A stretch of DNA of 64,000 nt from NCBI GenBank assembly GCA_028534125.1, contig CM052817.1:37140001-37204000 (forward strand), in the 5' to 3' direction. Made by a program: the position numbers and the translations under genes. Positions 11,560-24,969 of this stretch are shown piece after piece. The stretch's first letter is position 1. Each line of letters opens with the position of its first letter. The DNA comes from Lama glama (lineage: Eukaryota). The notes below the pieces were generated by a model, which worked only from the letters and a program-made list of their open reading frames with translations, ran no database searches and was not told the origin of the DNA.

Positions 11560-12020
11560 AGTTTATTTGCTGATTTATCTACATAACAAATACCTATGGA
11601 GTGTCAGTCACAGTTCTAGGTGCAAGGGAAACATCAGTGCAAAGAGCAGACTCTGTCTTACTGGAGCTCACATTCTAGTAGGTGGGATAAACAACAGACC
11701 ACAAATATCATGAGAGAGAGTAGTAGTACAGTCAAAGAAGAACCCTCTGAGAACTAACATCATGGGGTAGAAATACACGTGGAGTGAAGGCATGGCCCAT
11801 GTTAATATCTAGGGAAAGGAAAGTGCAAATTATGATGAAGGAACAAACTTCTCTGAAGACCTGTATGAGGGCCACTGAGGCCGGAGTGAACGAGTGAGTG
11901 GGCAGAGTTGTAGGTGACATGATCAGAGAGATACCAGATTTTTGGACACCACATAGGCCACAGTAAATTTTGATTTTTCTGACTCTGAGAGGAAGGATGT
12001 GAGGAATTTGAGTTGGGAAC
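11560..12020 (-). mobile_element. L2 fragment
   Basis: L2-type motifs (ctggagctcacattctag, aggccactgaggccggagtgaacgagtgag, ataggccacagtaaattttgattttt). Confidence 0.6.
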
Positions 12021-12553
12021 TGACCCAAATAAATAAAATCTCAATGTTAGGTGCACAGAAAAAAACTCCCTTTGAATTCAATTTTGGTTTCACTCCTTTG
12101 TGAGTGAAACTCAGAGAAATACCTGGAAACAAAAATATTGAGCTCTCTTTGCCTGTTTTCCTGCATACTTGGAGTATGGATCTCTTTCTTGTAAGTTCCA
12201 GCTGAGTTTCTAAATGTTTTACTATAACCATCTCCACTTCATAATTCTCTCCAGGGGTCCTCATTCCCACCAAAATTCTAGTTCCAGGGCTACCTTTAGA
12301 GTGTGCAGGGCTCCGGGCAAATGTTTCTCATGGGTTCCTGCCTATATAAATAAGACTTTTTCCTACAGGCCTTACGTACCTTTACTCATTTAGTTGTTAC
12401 AACAATGCTGCGAGATAGATATTACTATTGGTTACCATTTCAGATAATCAGCTGTAAAGTTTCAACATCTCATCCAAGGCCACATGGCTGGTGAATGAAT
12501 GGTGGAGCCATCAGTCCATCTCCAGAGTCCATACTCTTAAACATCGTGTTATC

Positions 12554-14572
12554 TTTTTTTTCTTTTTTATTGAAGTATAGTCAATTTATAATGTTGTGTC
12601 CAATTCTGGTGTACAGCATGTTTCAGTCATACCTATACATACACGTATTCCTTTTCATATTCTTTTTCATTATAGGTTACTATAAGATATTGTGTACTAT
12701 ACAGTAGAAACTTGTTGTTTATCTATTTTATATATAATAGTCAGTATCTGCAAATCTCGAACTCCCAATTTATCCCTTTCCACTCCTTTTCCTCCCTAGT
12801 AACCATAAGTTATTTATTTTCTATGTCTGTGAGCCTGTTTCTGTTTTGTAAATAAGTTCATTTGTGTCTTTTTTTTAAGATTCTACATATAAGCAGTATC
12901 ATATGGTATTTTTCTTTCTCTTTCTGGCTTACTTCACTTAGAATGAGGATCTCCAGGTCCGTCCATGTTGCTACAAATGGCATTATTTATTTTTTATGGC
13001 TGAAGAGTATTCCATTGTATATTTACCACATCTTACTTATCCACTCATTTGTTGATGGACATTTAGGCTGTTTCCATGTTTTGGCTATTGTATATAGTAC
13101 TTCTATGAACACTGGGGTACATGTATCTTTTTTAATTAGAATTCCCTCCAGATATACGCCCAGGAGTGGGATTGCTGGATCATATAAGTCTATTTTTAGT
13201 TTTTTAAAGAATCTCTATACTGTTTTCCATAGTGACTACACTAAACTACATTCCCACCAGCAGTGTAGGAGGGCTCCCTTTTCTCCACAGCCTCCCCAGC
13301 ATTTATCACTTGTGGACTTTTTAATGATGGCCACTCTGGTGTGAGGTAATACCTCATTATAGTTTTGATTTGCGTCTCTCTGATAATTAGTGATATTGAG
13401 CATTTTTTCATGTGTCTATTGGCCACCTGTATGTCTTCATTGGAGAATTGCTTAATTGGGTCCTCTGCCCATTTTGGATTGGGTTGTTTGTTTTTTTGTT
13501 GTTATTGTTGTTCTTATTGAGTTGTAAGAGCTGTTTATATATTCTGAAAATAAAGCCCTTGTCAGTTACATCATTTGCAAATATTTTCTCCCATTCCGTA
13601 GGTTACCTTTTTGTTTTGTTTATAGTTTCTTTTGCTGTGCAAAAGCTTATAAGTTTAATTAGGTCCCATTTGTTTATTTTTACTTTTATTTCTATTGCCT
13701 GGGTAGACTGCCCTAGGAGGACATTGCTAAGATTTATGTCAGAAAATGTTTTGTCTGTTTTCTTTCAAGATGTTTGTACTGTATTATCTTATATTTAAGT
13801 CTTTAAGCCATTTTGAGTTTATTTTTGTGTATGGTGTGAAAAAGTGTTCTAACTTCATAGATTTACATGTGGCTGCCCAGTTTTCCAACACCACTTGCTG
13901 AAGAGACTGTCTTTTCTCCTTTGTAGATTTGTGCCTCTTTTGTTGACAATTCATTGACTGTGAGTGTTTGGGCTTATTTCTGGGCTCTCTTTTCTGTTCC
14001 ATTTATCCATGTCTGTTCTTGTGCCAATAGCACACTGTTTTGATTACTGTAGCTCTGTAGGATTTTCTGAAGTTTAGGAGGGTTGCTCCTCCAGCTTCAT
14101 TCTTCTTCTTCAATATTGCTTTGGCAATTCTGCATCTTTTGTAATTTCATATAAATTTTAGGATTATTTGTTCTAGTTCTGTATAAAATGTCCTGAGTGA
14201 TTTGATAGAGATCACATTACATCTGTAGATTGCTTTGGGTAGTATGGCCATTTTAACAACATTAATTCTTTCAATCCAAGAGCATGGGATAACTTTTCAT
14301 TTCTTTAAACCATCTTTAATTTCCTTAATCAATGTTTTGTAGTTCTTTGCATAGAAGTCTTTCACCTCCTTGGTCAAGTTTATTCGTAAGTATTATTTTG
14401 GATGTGATTTTAAAAGGGATTGTTTCTTTAGTTTCCTTTTCTGATATTTCATTGTTAGTGTAAAGAAATGCAACTGATTTCTGTATGTTAATCTTGTATC
14501 CTGCTACCTTTCCAAATTCTTTAATCAGCTCTAGTAGTTTTTGTGTGGAGCCTTTAGGGTTTTCCACACATA
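12554..14572 (-). mobile_element. 5'-truncated L1 (~2 kb; 3' UTR plus disrupted ORF2 C-terminus)
   Basis: Poly-T and L1 3' terminus at 12554; minus-strand ORF pieces match L1 ORF2 ([68 protein letters not shown]). Confidence 0.95.
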
Positions 14573-14624
14573 GGTGGCCTGGAAAAAACAAGCATTTCCT
14601 CACTTTCTGAACTGCATATGAAGA

Positions 14625-14939
14625 AGGGTGGCCAGGAGGAGCTGAGAACCCTTCAGCCCACAACCAGTAGGAAAATAGGAAACTAAGTCCTACAACTGCA
14701 TATTAATCCTGCCTCAAACCAAAAACCAGTGAGTGTGGAAGAGGACCCTGAGCGCAGATGAGATCACAGCCCTGGCTGACACCTTGACTTCAGTGCAGTG
14801 AGACTCTCAGCAGTGAACCCAGGCCACCATATGCCTGTACTTCTGACCTACAGAACTGTGAGCTAATATATGGTTGTTTCTAAGCCATGGTATTTTAAAT
14901 TTGTAGCATTTTGTTACACAGCAATAGAAAACTGACACA
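14625..14939 (+). mobile_element. MLT1 (ERVL-MaLR) LTR, 3' part
   Basis: cagatgagatcacagccctggctgacaccttg ... acttctgacctacagaactgtgag ... ttgttacacagcaatagaaaactgacaca. Confidence 0.8.
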
Positions 14940-17554
14940 GGATGTCACAGTGACAGAGTCCATTTCCTTGACTAAATAAACATCATGTAATTTTCACTCT
15001 CACTTTCCAAAGTGTATTAAATGTTTAAGAAATTAAATAAAATTTTTTTCCTTTTGAAAACATTTTATAAAACAGTTGTTCCCTTTTCCTGTGAAAATGT
15101 TTTTATAAGTATTTTAAGATGTTTGGAGAAAATATTCATATCTCCACATATTTTTTTTCTCAGTAAGAAAATATTATGACACATTGAGTGATCCTGAAGA
15201 AGCTGAAATCTAAAAGGTAAGATTCCAGGTGACAAAACAAAATGTTTTTGTTTTGTTTTTCACTTGACTCAACTATAAAATTTCCAGAATATATAAAACT
15301 ATAAAGTTCTATAAAATTGTCTAAAACCACCTCCTTTCTTTGCAGGTGGGAAAGAGCAGGTGGAGTTTGAACAGGTAAGTCAGGCAGCACACCCCTTGGT
15401 AACTTTTGTTTCCCTGCTTGTACCTCACAGATGCTGTCTGAGAAAGGCAGTGGCCAGATCATCTCTGGCCTTGTTACAATACATGTCTCACCACTGCTGA
15501 GCTCATTCATCTTGTCTTCTTTTCCCACCCTTCTCTTGGGGGCTTGCTGGGTACAATTTTTCTGGGAATAAAGTAAAAAGTAAAAGTATACTCATTTGAA
15601 ACATTAATTTTGAGAGTCACCTGTTTCTATGTCAATAACATTAGAGATTAATTCAAAGGGATTTTATTCTTTCTCACCACGCTTATTGAACTCTGACTCC
15701 TAAAGGTAAGTCGTCTTTGTGCCCAACAACTTCATTCGCCCTAATGGAGACAGACTGCAGCTGACTTGGGCTGGGCTGGACAAGTTCCAGGCAGCATTCT
15801 GGCCATTATGCCTCAGGTCAAGGTGGCCTTTGCTGAATGTGGGAGAGGTACATTTTTGACATAAATATGATTTGTAGAGAAGAGTAGGCAGTCCCCTCCC
15901 TGTCCTATCCCATGGCCTCCACTTATCATCCCTAAGCCGTGGGAGCTATGCTCTCTGGTTCCTTTTCTTCTGGTGCTGGCAGTTGACCTTGAAGGCTATT
16001 AAAGCAGTGGATTTCAGAGAAATGGGTGGAATAGTCCATTTGACTTGTTTTGATTTGAGGGTCTATAGGTTCTACTAGCTTTGGAAAAAGAAGCCTTCCC
16101 AAGGAGCCTTAGCCTACTGGGATTTGCACATTGGAGTTTTGAAGCAAAGCTTCAGCTACTAATAAAATTTTCTTTGCCTAGCTTGCCTTCTTTGATATGG
16201 TCGCTGAATGACTAAATTAAAGAAATTATAAATTATTATATAATAATTTTAAATAATCCCTCACAAGTTATTATAATTCTATGCATTAATGAAACATTCT
16301 GTAATGAAGTTACATTTTATTTACTAAAAGAACAGAATTTAACTCTAATTTAATTTTAATTTAATTTATTATTTTACTAGCATAGCTAAAGAGAAAGTTT
16401 TGCTGGGTTAAGTAATTCAAAACAAAGATGATTCTCTTATTGAACTCATTTTACTCAGCACTGCCTAAAGAAATGTTTTATGAAAGTATTAGGGTAGTTA
16501 CTAAAAACAAACAAGTGAACAAACACAATGAACTTTAGTTCTCTGGAAATTACAGAAACAAGTAAGTTTATATAAACTGTGTATCAATCTTAATATCTTT
16601 TTAACCAAGTTTCTTTTATTGGGGGAAGACAGAAATTATTGGTAGTAAAACAAATAAAATCTGGCATTAGGTGGTTATTTTCCCTTGGTGAAGATGTGTG
16701 TAATTAATTTCAAAGTTGAATTCAATTTTTAAAAATCCTTCAAAATTTTCCTAAATGAGGAAATGACCGGCCACAAAAAGTTGTTTGAATTGAATATATA
16801 ATCTAAAGCAGTGTTTCTCAACCCATTTAAGTCACAGTATCCTTTGAAGTCCTGATGAATGGTTTGGCTTCCCTACAGGAAAAAAAAAAAAACCTGTACA
16901 TAAAAACATAGTTTGGCATATGCAATGTGTAATAGCTATGTGTAACAGCTAGATATGCGTCTATTTTGAAAGACTTGCTTGATAAACAAGGAAGGAGTCA
17001 TTTTCCATCTAATTTAGTGTAGGTTCTTCTTACTGATCATAACTAGCTGGCATTGAAAATATTTTGTTTAAAAATTCTGCAGCATATTAATATTTATAAT
17101 AATGTTTCGGAGTATATTAAAGCAATATTTAAAATATTTTAAGTATATACACCAAAATATTTTCAGTGAGTGGTAGGGTTTGAGATGATTTTTTAATTTT
17201 GTTTACTGTCACCTCTGTTGTCAAGGTCTTTCCAGGGTTTGTTTTTATAATTTGTTGTTTTTCTTTTGGCAGTTAACATTTAAAATATAAAATTCTCATA
17301 AGAGAAATGCTCTTTTCATTCTGGATAAAGAATGTTGTGTGACTATAGATAATGTTAAGAAAATATTATCCAGGAGTTAGAAGCTTTTATTTATTTATTT
17401 TGGCTTATTATTATACAGATTTATAAAATATAGTTATAAATAGTACAATGACTCTCATATATCCATTGTGCTGCCTCTGCATTTGTCAGCTCTTAGCTAG
17501 GTTGTTTGATCTTTATTTCTAACCACTTCCACCTCTTCCATTATTTTTAAAATT

Positions 17555-17990
17555 ATGATTTTGAAAACTATGTAATATTAAATTTACCATCCTAACCACT
17601 TCTAAGTGTACAGTTCAATACTGTTAATTGCATTGACATTATTGTGAAACAGATTTCTAGAACTTTTTCATCCTGCAAAACTGAAACTCTTTATCTGTTG
17701 AACACTAATTTCCTCTTCCCTTCTGCCTTCAGCTCTTGGCAACCACCTCTCTACTTTCTGCTTCTATAATTTTGACTATTTTAGATACTTCATAGGAATA
17801 GAATCATACAGTATTTGTCCTATTGACACTGACTCATTTCATTTAGCATAGTGTCCTTAAGTTTCATCTGTATGGTAGTATATGACAGACTATCCATCTT
17901 TTTAAAGGCTGCATAATATTCCATCGTATGTACGTACCACATTTTATCTAATCATCTGTCAATGAACATTTCGATTGCTCCCACCTCTTT
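17555..17990 (-). mobile_element. Old L1M 3' end
   Basis: aatttaccatcctaaccacttctaagtgtacagttca ... gaatcatacagtatttgtcc ... aaggctgcataatattccat. Confidence 0.8.
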
Positions 17991-19571
17991 CTTCTATGAC
18001 TTTTTAAAAATAAATCCTACCTATCATATTATTAAAAATATTCTTTATTTCAATATTAATCCAATCCAAGTTAGGCCATTTTGTGTTAAGTAAGTCAAGC
18101 CCCTGATATAATATTTTATATGTCTGGGTAATCATTATGTTACATGATATATAATTGGGCAGAAGGCAGAAAGAAAAGAAAGAACTTATTAATGGGTAAA
18201 ATGTTCAGTTTTTTTAAACCTAGAAATCTGTTGCATTGTTTGAAGTTCACTGCTGGGTGGCTGTCGTGACTTTCTGGAGTTAAGAGGAAACAAATTCCCC
18301 ATTCAAGCACTAAAACTGGATAATTTATAGAGATTACCTTAGTGTGACAATTTCAGATTTTCACCAGCATTAGTATTTGTTCTAAGATTACAAACAACTC
18401 AGATGGTAAACACATTTTAGGGAAATAGTCTTAAATCAGAAAACCACATGTTATCAGTTGCATCTTACTGTATAATAAATTTGAACATTTAAAAATCAGT
18501 GGGGTAGCTGGCAAAATTTGAGTAAGATCCATAGATAATAGAATTATAACAACATTAATTTCCCAGTTTTAATAATGGTACTACAATTTATGTACGATAT
18601 TAACATTTGGAGAAATGGGTTGAAGCTTATACTTGTACTATTTTTGCCACAGTTGTGCAAATCTGAAATTATTTCAAAAGAAAAAAGCTTTTGAGTGCTA
18701 GTTTCTCTATAGATAATTGGCATCTTCAGAATGAAAGTTAGATTTGCCCTTTTAAAGTCCCAAACTCGGTGGATTCGACATTGAGAAATGCACATCCTGT
18801 AGGAAGGTAAAAATAAAAGGGTGATAATCTTGATCATCTTACATCTGAGCAAGAGTACGGCGTGCTGGGAGCTTCCTGCCAAGAGACCCAGCCACCTTTC
18901 TGACATGTAGAGGGCTAGGTGCCACCAACCAACCAGAGATACCCACCAAGTTCTTAATCTTTGAACTTTTTTTATAATAGCATAATTTTTATCCACAAAA
19001 AGACAAACTAAATGTGAAACTTGGAGCTATGTAGAGAACAGGAGAAGGGGAGCTTAATATCATTTCAATTTATTATTCTTAGCATAAAAAAATATAAATG
19101 AACTAACTTCACTTTCCTAACAGCTGGACAGAATTAAATTTCTATGAATTTTTTTCTCCATGCTTTTTCCCTGTGTTCCTGCATGAGCTTATCACAAGCT
19201 CTCCCTGTATTCAGTAAATGTGAGTTAATACCTGACCCTTTATTGCACAATTAATAAAATCTCTGAGCCTTATATTAAAACCTGTGAGTAGTTATTAATT
19301 TCACAGTTGCTAATATCCAGTAAGCAAGCACAAGTCTTATATTGAAGATAAAGTTCTAGGCAATAGATCCAGGTATGAAAGAAAACTCTGAGCTAAATTT
19401 ATATAACACAAGGTAAATAATTGGCTTAAGAAAAATTCAAACAAGCAGCCACTTTACTTAAACGGTGCCAAAGATCCAGTTTCTGTAAACCAAAGGGTTT
19501 TATATCATATAGATACTCCTTAAATGTTGAGTTCCTTTTCTAACCTTCTAGTTCTGTTAATATGTTGAAGA

Positions 19572-19748
19572 CAAGGCCAAGTTGGTGGACATGCCAGCTG
19601 TGCATTTGCATAGAACCTTATGCTAAGAAGGGCCCTACGACTGATTTAATGCTCTACTGCCATCATCTTGAAATTCTTAATCATTTCTGAACAAGGGATC
19701 TTGTGTTTTCATTTTGCACAGGGCCTTGCAAATACGAATCTGGTCCTG
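19572..19748 (+). mobile_element. MER45A-like hAT-Tip100 MITE, full length
   Basis: Matches the recalled consensus (tttaatgctctactgccatcatcttgaaattcttaat ... ttttcattttgcacagggcc); degenerate 8-bp TSD gttgaaga / gctgaagt. Confidence 0.8.
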
Positions 19749-19917
19749 GCTGAAGTCACCTCCAGTACCAATCAGCCTTTATCCAGGGGAAGGTTTCATA
19801 GACAGCATGTCTTAAGTGTCTAAACCCCAGGCTCAGCCTCTGTCCCTTCAGGTTAGAAAGGAAGGCCCCAACCTCAAGGTCGTTTACCATTTATGTAAAG
19901 GTATTCAGTGAAGGCTG

Positions 19918-20180
19918 ATTTCCATTCCTTTCCTTTTCTCCCTCCCATTTCCCATTTTTCCTTTCCCCTTCCCTTCTTTCCCACTTTATTCTCCTTTCTC
20001 CTTCCATTTCTTCCTTTCCCAATTCACCCACCATATTACTAAGTCCTCCTCCTTCATTCTGCCTCCTCTCTCCCATTTCTAATGTTTTCTGATTTCTAAA
20101 CATTTCTAATGTTTCAAATTCCCATTCCTCTATCCCGCTTTGCTTTCTACCTAACCCTCACCCATCTTCATTCCCCATTC
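19918..20180. repeat. Low-complexity polypyrimidine (CT-rich) tract
   Basis: Long C/T-rich run with repeated cccatttc and catttctaatgttt units. Confidence 0.75.
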
Positions 20181-21240
20181 AGGGTGGGATCTTTGAAAGC
20201 TGGCACCCCAGGACCTAGTATGGCCAGAAATAATGGGGCTCAGTGTTTCTACTAATGCTGGCTCTGCACTCCCAGAGAGACCATACCCTGGGGACCTTTT
20301 GATCCTACAGAGATGGAATCAGCGACTGTCCCTTGACTTTTGCAAAACACATTTCAAATTTTTTATTCCCTGCTTTTTAGTCATTCCAGGTTGAACCCTA
20401 GGAAATTTCACCATCAGTTAAAGGACGTCTTGGAAATCTTTTTGAAATGGCCTGAAAATAGACTTGAGAAAAGGGAGATGGATCAGGGCCCCCTAAGGCC
20501 CCTGGAATCCTGGAAATCTGGGTAGATCCATCTGACTCTGTGGTCATTCTTGTCAGCCAGGAAACTGTTTACATGTTTAATTTGCACTTAGGTAACTTAT
20601 CGCCCAGCTGTGACTGCATCGGGTCAGAGTCTGTATACTCTTTACAAAAGGTGCTGCCCTGTTTTCAGGACCTTGCTGAACAGGAGGAAGTTGAACATTA
20701 CACATCTTGGCTGACAAAGCTTAAACAAAAGTAAACAAATGGAACACACTTAGGGGTGGTGCCAACACAAAAGGCAGCAGTTGCTCTTGATTTGCCAGGG
20801 CCTCTGCCAAGTGAAGGTCTGATGATTTTGATATGAAGAACTTTGTTCCATTTCAGTTAAAAATTCATGATTTGAACTGAAACATAATACAGGTTCACAC
20901 GGAAGGGTACCTTTTCTTAGTTCAGTTGGGGGAGGGATGGGCTAATCTAGAGTAGGTTCTGGAAAAGACGTCACAATTCCGACTTTTAGTTGCGGGGAGG
21001 GAGTGCATAGAGCCTTTTGTTATTGCTTTCTCAATTTTTAAGGGACTGTGATTTTTCTAGAAACAGAGAAATTGTGGAAGTAGAACAGAAGAAAAAATTA
21101 TTTTCATGGATCCGTGTTTGGCCAAGTACACAAAGGAGTGTAAGTAGCCTGATAATGCTTATTATGGTAAAAACAAGGTACAATAGCAAATAAACTCCAC
21201 ATTTCCAGTGGTTAATTAACATAATGAAAGTGTACATTCA

Positions 21241-21416
21241 GGGGAGGGTAGAGCTCAGTGGTAGAGTGTGCTTAGCACGCACAAGGTCCTGGGTTCAATC
21301 CCTAGTACCACCATTAAAAATAAATTAATTAACCTAATTACCTCCCACACACACAAAAGAAATTATTTTAAAGAAATTAAAGAATTTTTTTAATTTTAAT
21401 TAAAAAATTTTTAAAA
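21241..21416 (+). mobile_element. tRNA-derived SINE (camelid vic-1 type)
   Basis: ggggagggtagagctcagtggtagag (A box) ... gggttcaatcccta (B box), AT-rich tail, TSD remnant gaaagtgta at 21226 and 21417. Confidence 0.85.
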
Positions 21417-21604
21417 GAAAGTGTATTTCTTACTCATATTAAGGGCCCATGCAAATGTGCCTGGTCAGAGGGGAGCTTTCATGGTCATTCCAGGGCGTGG
21501 AGTCCTTCTTGTAGTTCTGTTCTCTAGGATCTCAGAGTTCTCTGAAGTGGATACTGTAAGAGAGAATGGAGAAGTCTCATCCTCTTCTAAAAAGCCTGCA
21601 GCCC

Positions 21605-22023
21605 CATCAGAATATTCATCAACAGATAAATGGATAAACAAAATGCAATATATCCATACAATGGACTATTATTCAGCCTTTAAAAAGGAAAGAAGTTCTG
21701 ATGCATGCTACAACATGGGTGACCTTTGAAGACATCCTGTTAAGTGAAATAAATCAGATACAAGAGGACAAATATTGTACACTTCCAGTTATATGAGGTA
21801 TCTAGAACAGTCAAATACAGACAGAGAGTAGAACAGTGGTTCCTGGGGAGTTATTCTTTAAAAGGTACAGAATTTTCGTTTGAGATGATGAAAAAGTTCT
21901 AGAGATACAGAGAGGTGATGATTGTACAACAACATGAATGTACTAAATACCACTGAATTGTACAGTTAAAAATGGTGAAGTTTATGTTAAGTATATTTTA
22001 CCACAATTGAAAAAAAAAAAAAA
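21605..22023 (+). mobile_element. Old L1M (L1MB-like) 3' end with poly-A
   Basis: catcaacagataaatggataaacaaaatg ... ggactattattcagcc ... ccactgaattgtacagttaaaaatgg ... A tail. Confidence 0.85.
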
Positions 22024-23369
22024 ACCTCAGTGCAGAACTAGTCAAGAGCATCTGGGAACAAATCATCTTTAATGGGGCAGCTGCCTTCCAGTGACAATGG
22101 CACACTGTGAGAGGGAGCATGGGGTTTGGGTGGACATCTAGCTTTTCCTGCCACAACTGGGAAGGGAGAGGGACAAAGCACTGAAGTATTCTTTTAAAAA
22201 ATGATCCCTCACGGATGCTCACTCATCCCTTTTCAAATAAAACGTCTTCTGGGTGATTATTTGCTTTCAATGGTAATAGTTTAATCTCACCTTTCTCAAT
22301 GTTATCTATATTCATTTATATTTATTGAGTCCTTACCATGCCCCAGTCCATGAGGTAAATGCCCGGCACATATTAAATTATTTAAGCATAGTAAAATCCT
22401 TACAAGAGAGACACTCTTGTTATCCTTGTTTTAGGATCAATGACCCGAAGTACAGAGAAACTACCTAACTAGGTCAGAATGTACAGCTACAGACTGTCCC
22501 AGCCAGGGCTGCACCCATTGTCAACAGAGCCCGTATTTTCCCCCCATACCATCCTGCCTTCCTGGAAGCTGTGCTGTATTGAGACTAATTTGTATTATAT
22601 TTGGCTGAGACAATGGTTCAGCTGCTTTTAATACTGGCTCACGCAAAAGAGAAGGTTTATTTGTCTTTCATTTCATTTTAAATTCTAAGCTATTGAGAGG
22701 TCCAGGGGAAGAAGGCAGCTGTCCTCTACGGTATTATTTAGGGACCCAGACTCTTTCTAAGGTGTTGCTCCACCCTCCCCTAAGGTGTATCCCTTGTATT
22801 CCAGCTCATCCTGCTTCTGCCCAAAGGCAGTAGGAAAGAGGAAGTGAAAGGAAAGCAGTTTTCTTCTGAGTATATGACTTGGAAGTCACACTAACCACTT
22901 GGAAGTCGGGCTCAGCCATAACTTAGTCATACAGTCACACCGAGCTGTGAAGGGAACTGAGAATGTGTTGTACAGCTCAGCGGTCATGTACACCTCTGCC
23001 ATGCTTGGTCATCACATAAGTGTCAGATGCTTACTCATCAGACCATATGTAGTAACCAGGTACCAGACATGGAGAGTTATTAAAAAGAATGTATAGAGAA
23101 AGTATCTTGGAGAAATTCTAGGTCATAGAGAATAAAGTGAAAAATAGTTTGTAGAAATAGGTAAGCACAACTTGGTAGTGGGATGAACCCTAATTTTAGA
23201 TTCCAGAAGACTCAGGTTCTAGTTTGTCTCTGCCATGTTCTAGTGTGTGAACGTGGACAATTTACTTAATTTTAGTTTCCCCATCTATAAAACAAAATTG
23301 ACAACAATATCTACTTTCAGAATTATTTTGGCAATGAATAAGATAATGCATATAATGCCTAAAATTTGC

Positions 23370-24385
23370 GCCAAGTTTAGCATTTCCAAAGCCAAATTCT
23401 CAATATTCTTTCCCAAATCTGCTCTTCTTATAGTCTTCCCTACACAGTAGATAGCAACTTCATCCTTCTGACTTCTCAGATTAAAATCCTTGGAGTTATC
23501 CTTGGCTGTCCTTTTCCATCGTCACATCTACACCATCTGCAAATCCTGTCCACTCTTCAATCAAACCACATTCACAATTCAGCCACTTCTCACCACTTGT
23601 CCTGCCACCAGCCTGGTTCAAGCCATCATTTTGCTTTGCCCAAATTATTGCAACAGCCTCCTGTGTTCTCCCTGCTCCTTCCTGAGCCTCCGACACTATT
23701 CCCCAGCAAACAAATTCATCTTTTAAGACAGAAGACTGATTACATTCAGAGCTTTCCTTAGTTGTCTCACTTAAGAGTAAAGCCCTTCACAACCTGGCCA
23801 CCTGTTACCTCTCTGACCTTATCTCTTCTTATTCCCACTCTCTTTAATTCAACCGAACATAGAGATCATAGGTCTTAGAGAGAAGCTACCTGTAAAGTAT
23901 GGCTGGACTTCATCTATTACTGCTCTTTCCTATTCAGAGCAAGACCAAGTCCATGCTAGGAAAAGAAGGGAACAGAAATATTAAGCATTTCACAGTGTTG
24001 GGAAAGCTTATTTTGAAAAGACATTAGAGAGGAGGTTTTTATTTCGAAAAATGCATCTTGTCAAAAGAAGCTGTTGGAAATGTAGCTGGGGCATTATTCA
24101 GGCCTCAGCTCAAATGTCATAGCCTCAGGGTATCCTTCCGTGACCACCCCATCTAAATTAGCCGCTTTATCCTGTCACTCTTCATTTTATTCTGTTTCTT
24201 TCATAGCACCTACCACTAGCAGATACTTGTTCACAGTTTATTTGCTTATTTGTTTAGTGGTTCTCTCCCTTGCAAGAGAACGTAAGCGCCAAGAACCTTA
24301 CTGGTTTTATTTACTGCTATATCCCAGGTACTCGATCAAGTGCCTGCTACTTATGAGGTGTTAAATATTTCTTGAATGAATAAAT
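23370..24385 (+). mobile_element. L2 fragments (interrupted ~23850-24100)
   Basis: ccacttctcaccac, ccaccagcctggttcaagccatcat, ggcctcagctcaaatgtca and the 3' end aaatatttcttgaatgaataaat. Confidence 0.7.
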
Positions 24386-24499
24386 GTGCGAGATAGTTGT
24401 GTGAAGAACTGTATTCATTAAGGTAACAGTAATCACTTTAACAGATAAATCCCCAAATCCCAGTGGTTCGTAGGATAGAATTTGATTGATCATTCACAT

Positions 24500-24969
24500 T
24501 GTTACCAAGCAAGAGCTCAGTGCCCAGTGCACGTAAAAGCCAATACTGTGGCACTAGCTTTTGAGAAGAGAAGAGCTTTATTTGATGTCAACTGGCAAAG
24601 AGACAGGAGGCAGTGCTCAAATCTGTCTCCCAGATCTGGGGTTCATTTAAGGGTCTGGGGAACAAGTTGGTATGTGCAGGTTTCCATCGGAAGGCTTTGG
24701 AACTTGGCCATTTATGACAAAATGTGGTAAAGGGCTTCAGCGCCAGGTCTTTCTGGGCAACAGAACCTTGGCTTCTGAAAGGGTCCCCACGTTCAGGTTC
24801 CGGTCGTGTCCTCGTCCTTTGGTTCCAGCTGTTATTAGAGGTGAAAAGTTTCTCCTCTGTCCACGTTTCAGCTGCATGACTTGCAGTTTTGTTCTGTCGT
24901 CTCTGAAAAACAACTCAGCATCTTGTTGTTGACAGAATAGGACCAGTTTGAGCTGGTCTTGTGGTTCCA
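24500..24969 (-). mobile_element. ERV1-class solo LTR inserted in an older MLT1 LTR (~24405-25150)
   Basis: TG...CA termini, 4-bp TSD ACAT (24496-24499, 24970-24973), tttatt poly(A) signal on the minus strand. Confidence 0.8.

Noticed and set aside
12862..14663. Several 60-160 aa ORFs as genes
   Set aside because: Sense and antisense translations of a broken L1.
9414..15992. Repeated perfect TCAAGGTCA/TGACCTTGA sites (3779, 9414, 15984) as a regulatory system
   Set aside because: Short motif, one copy lies in MIR-like sequence, and there is no supporting context.
21241..21312. Functional tRNA gene (also 43640-43714)
   Set aside because: Degenerate stems, AT-rich tails and TSDs mark these as SINEs.
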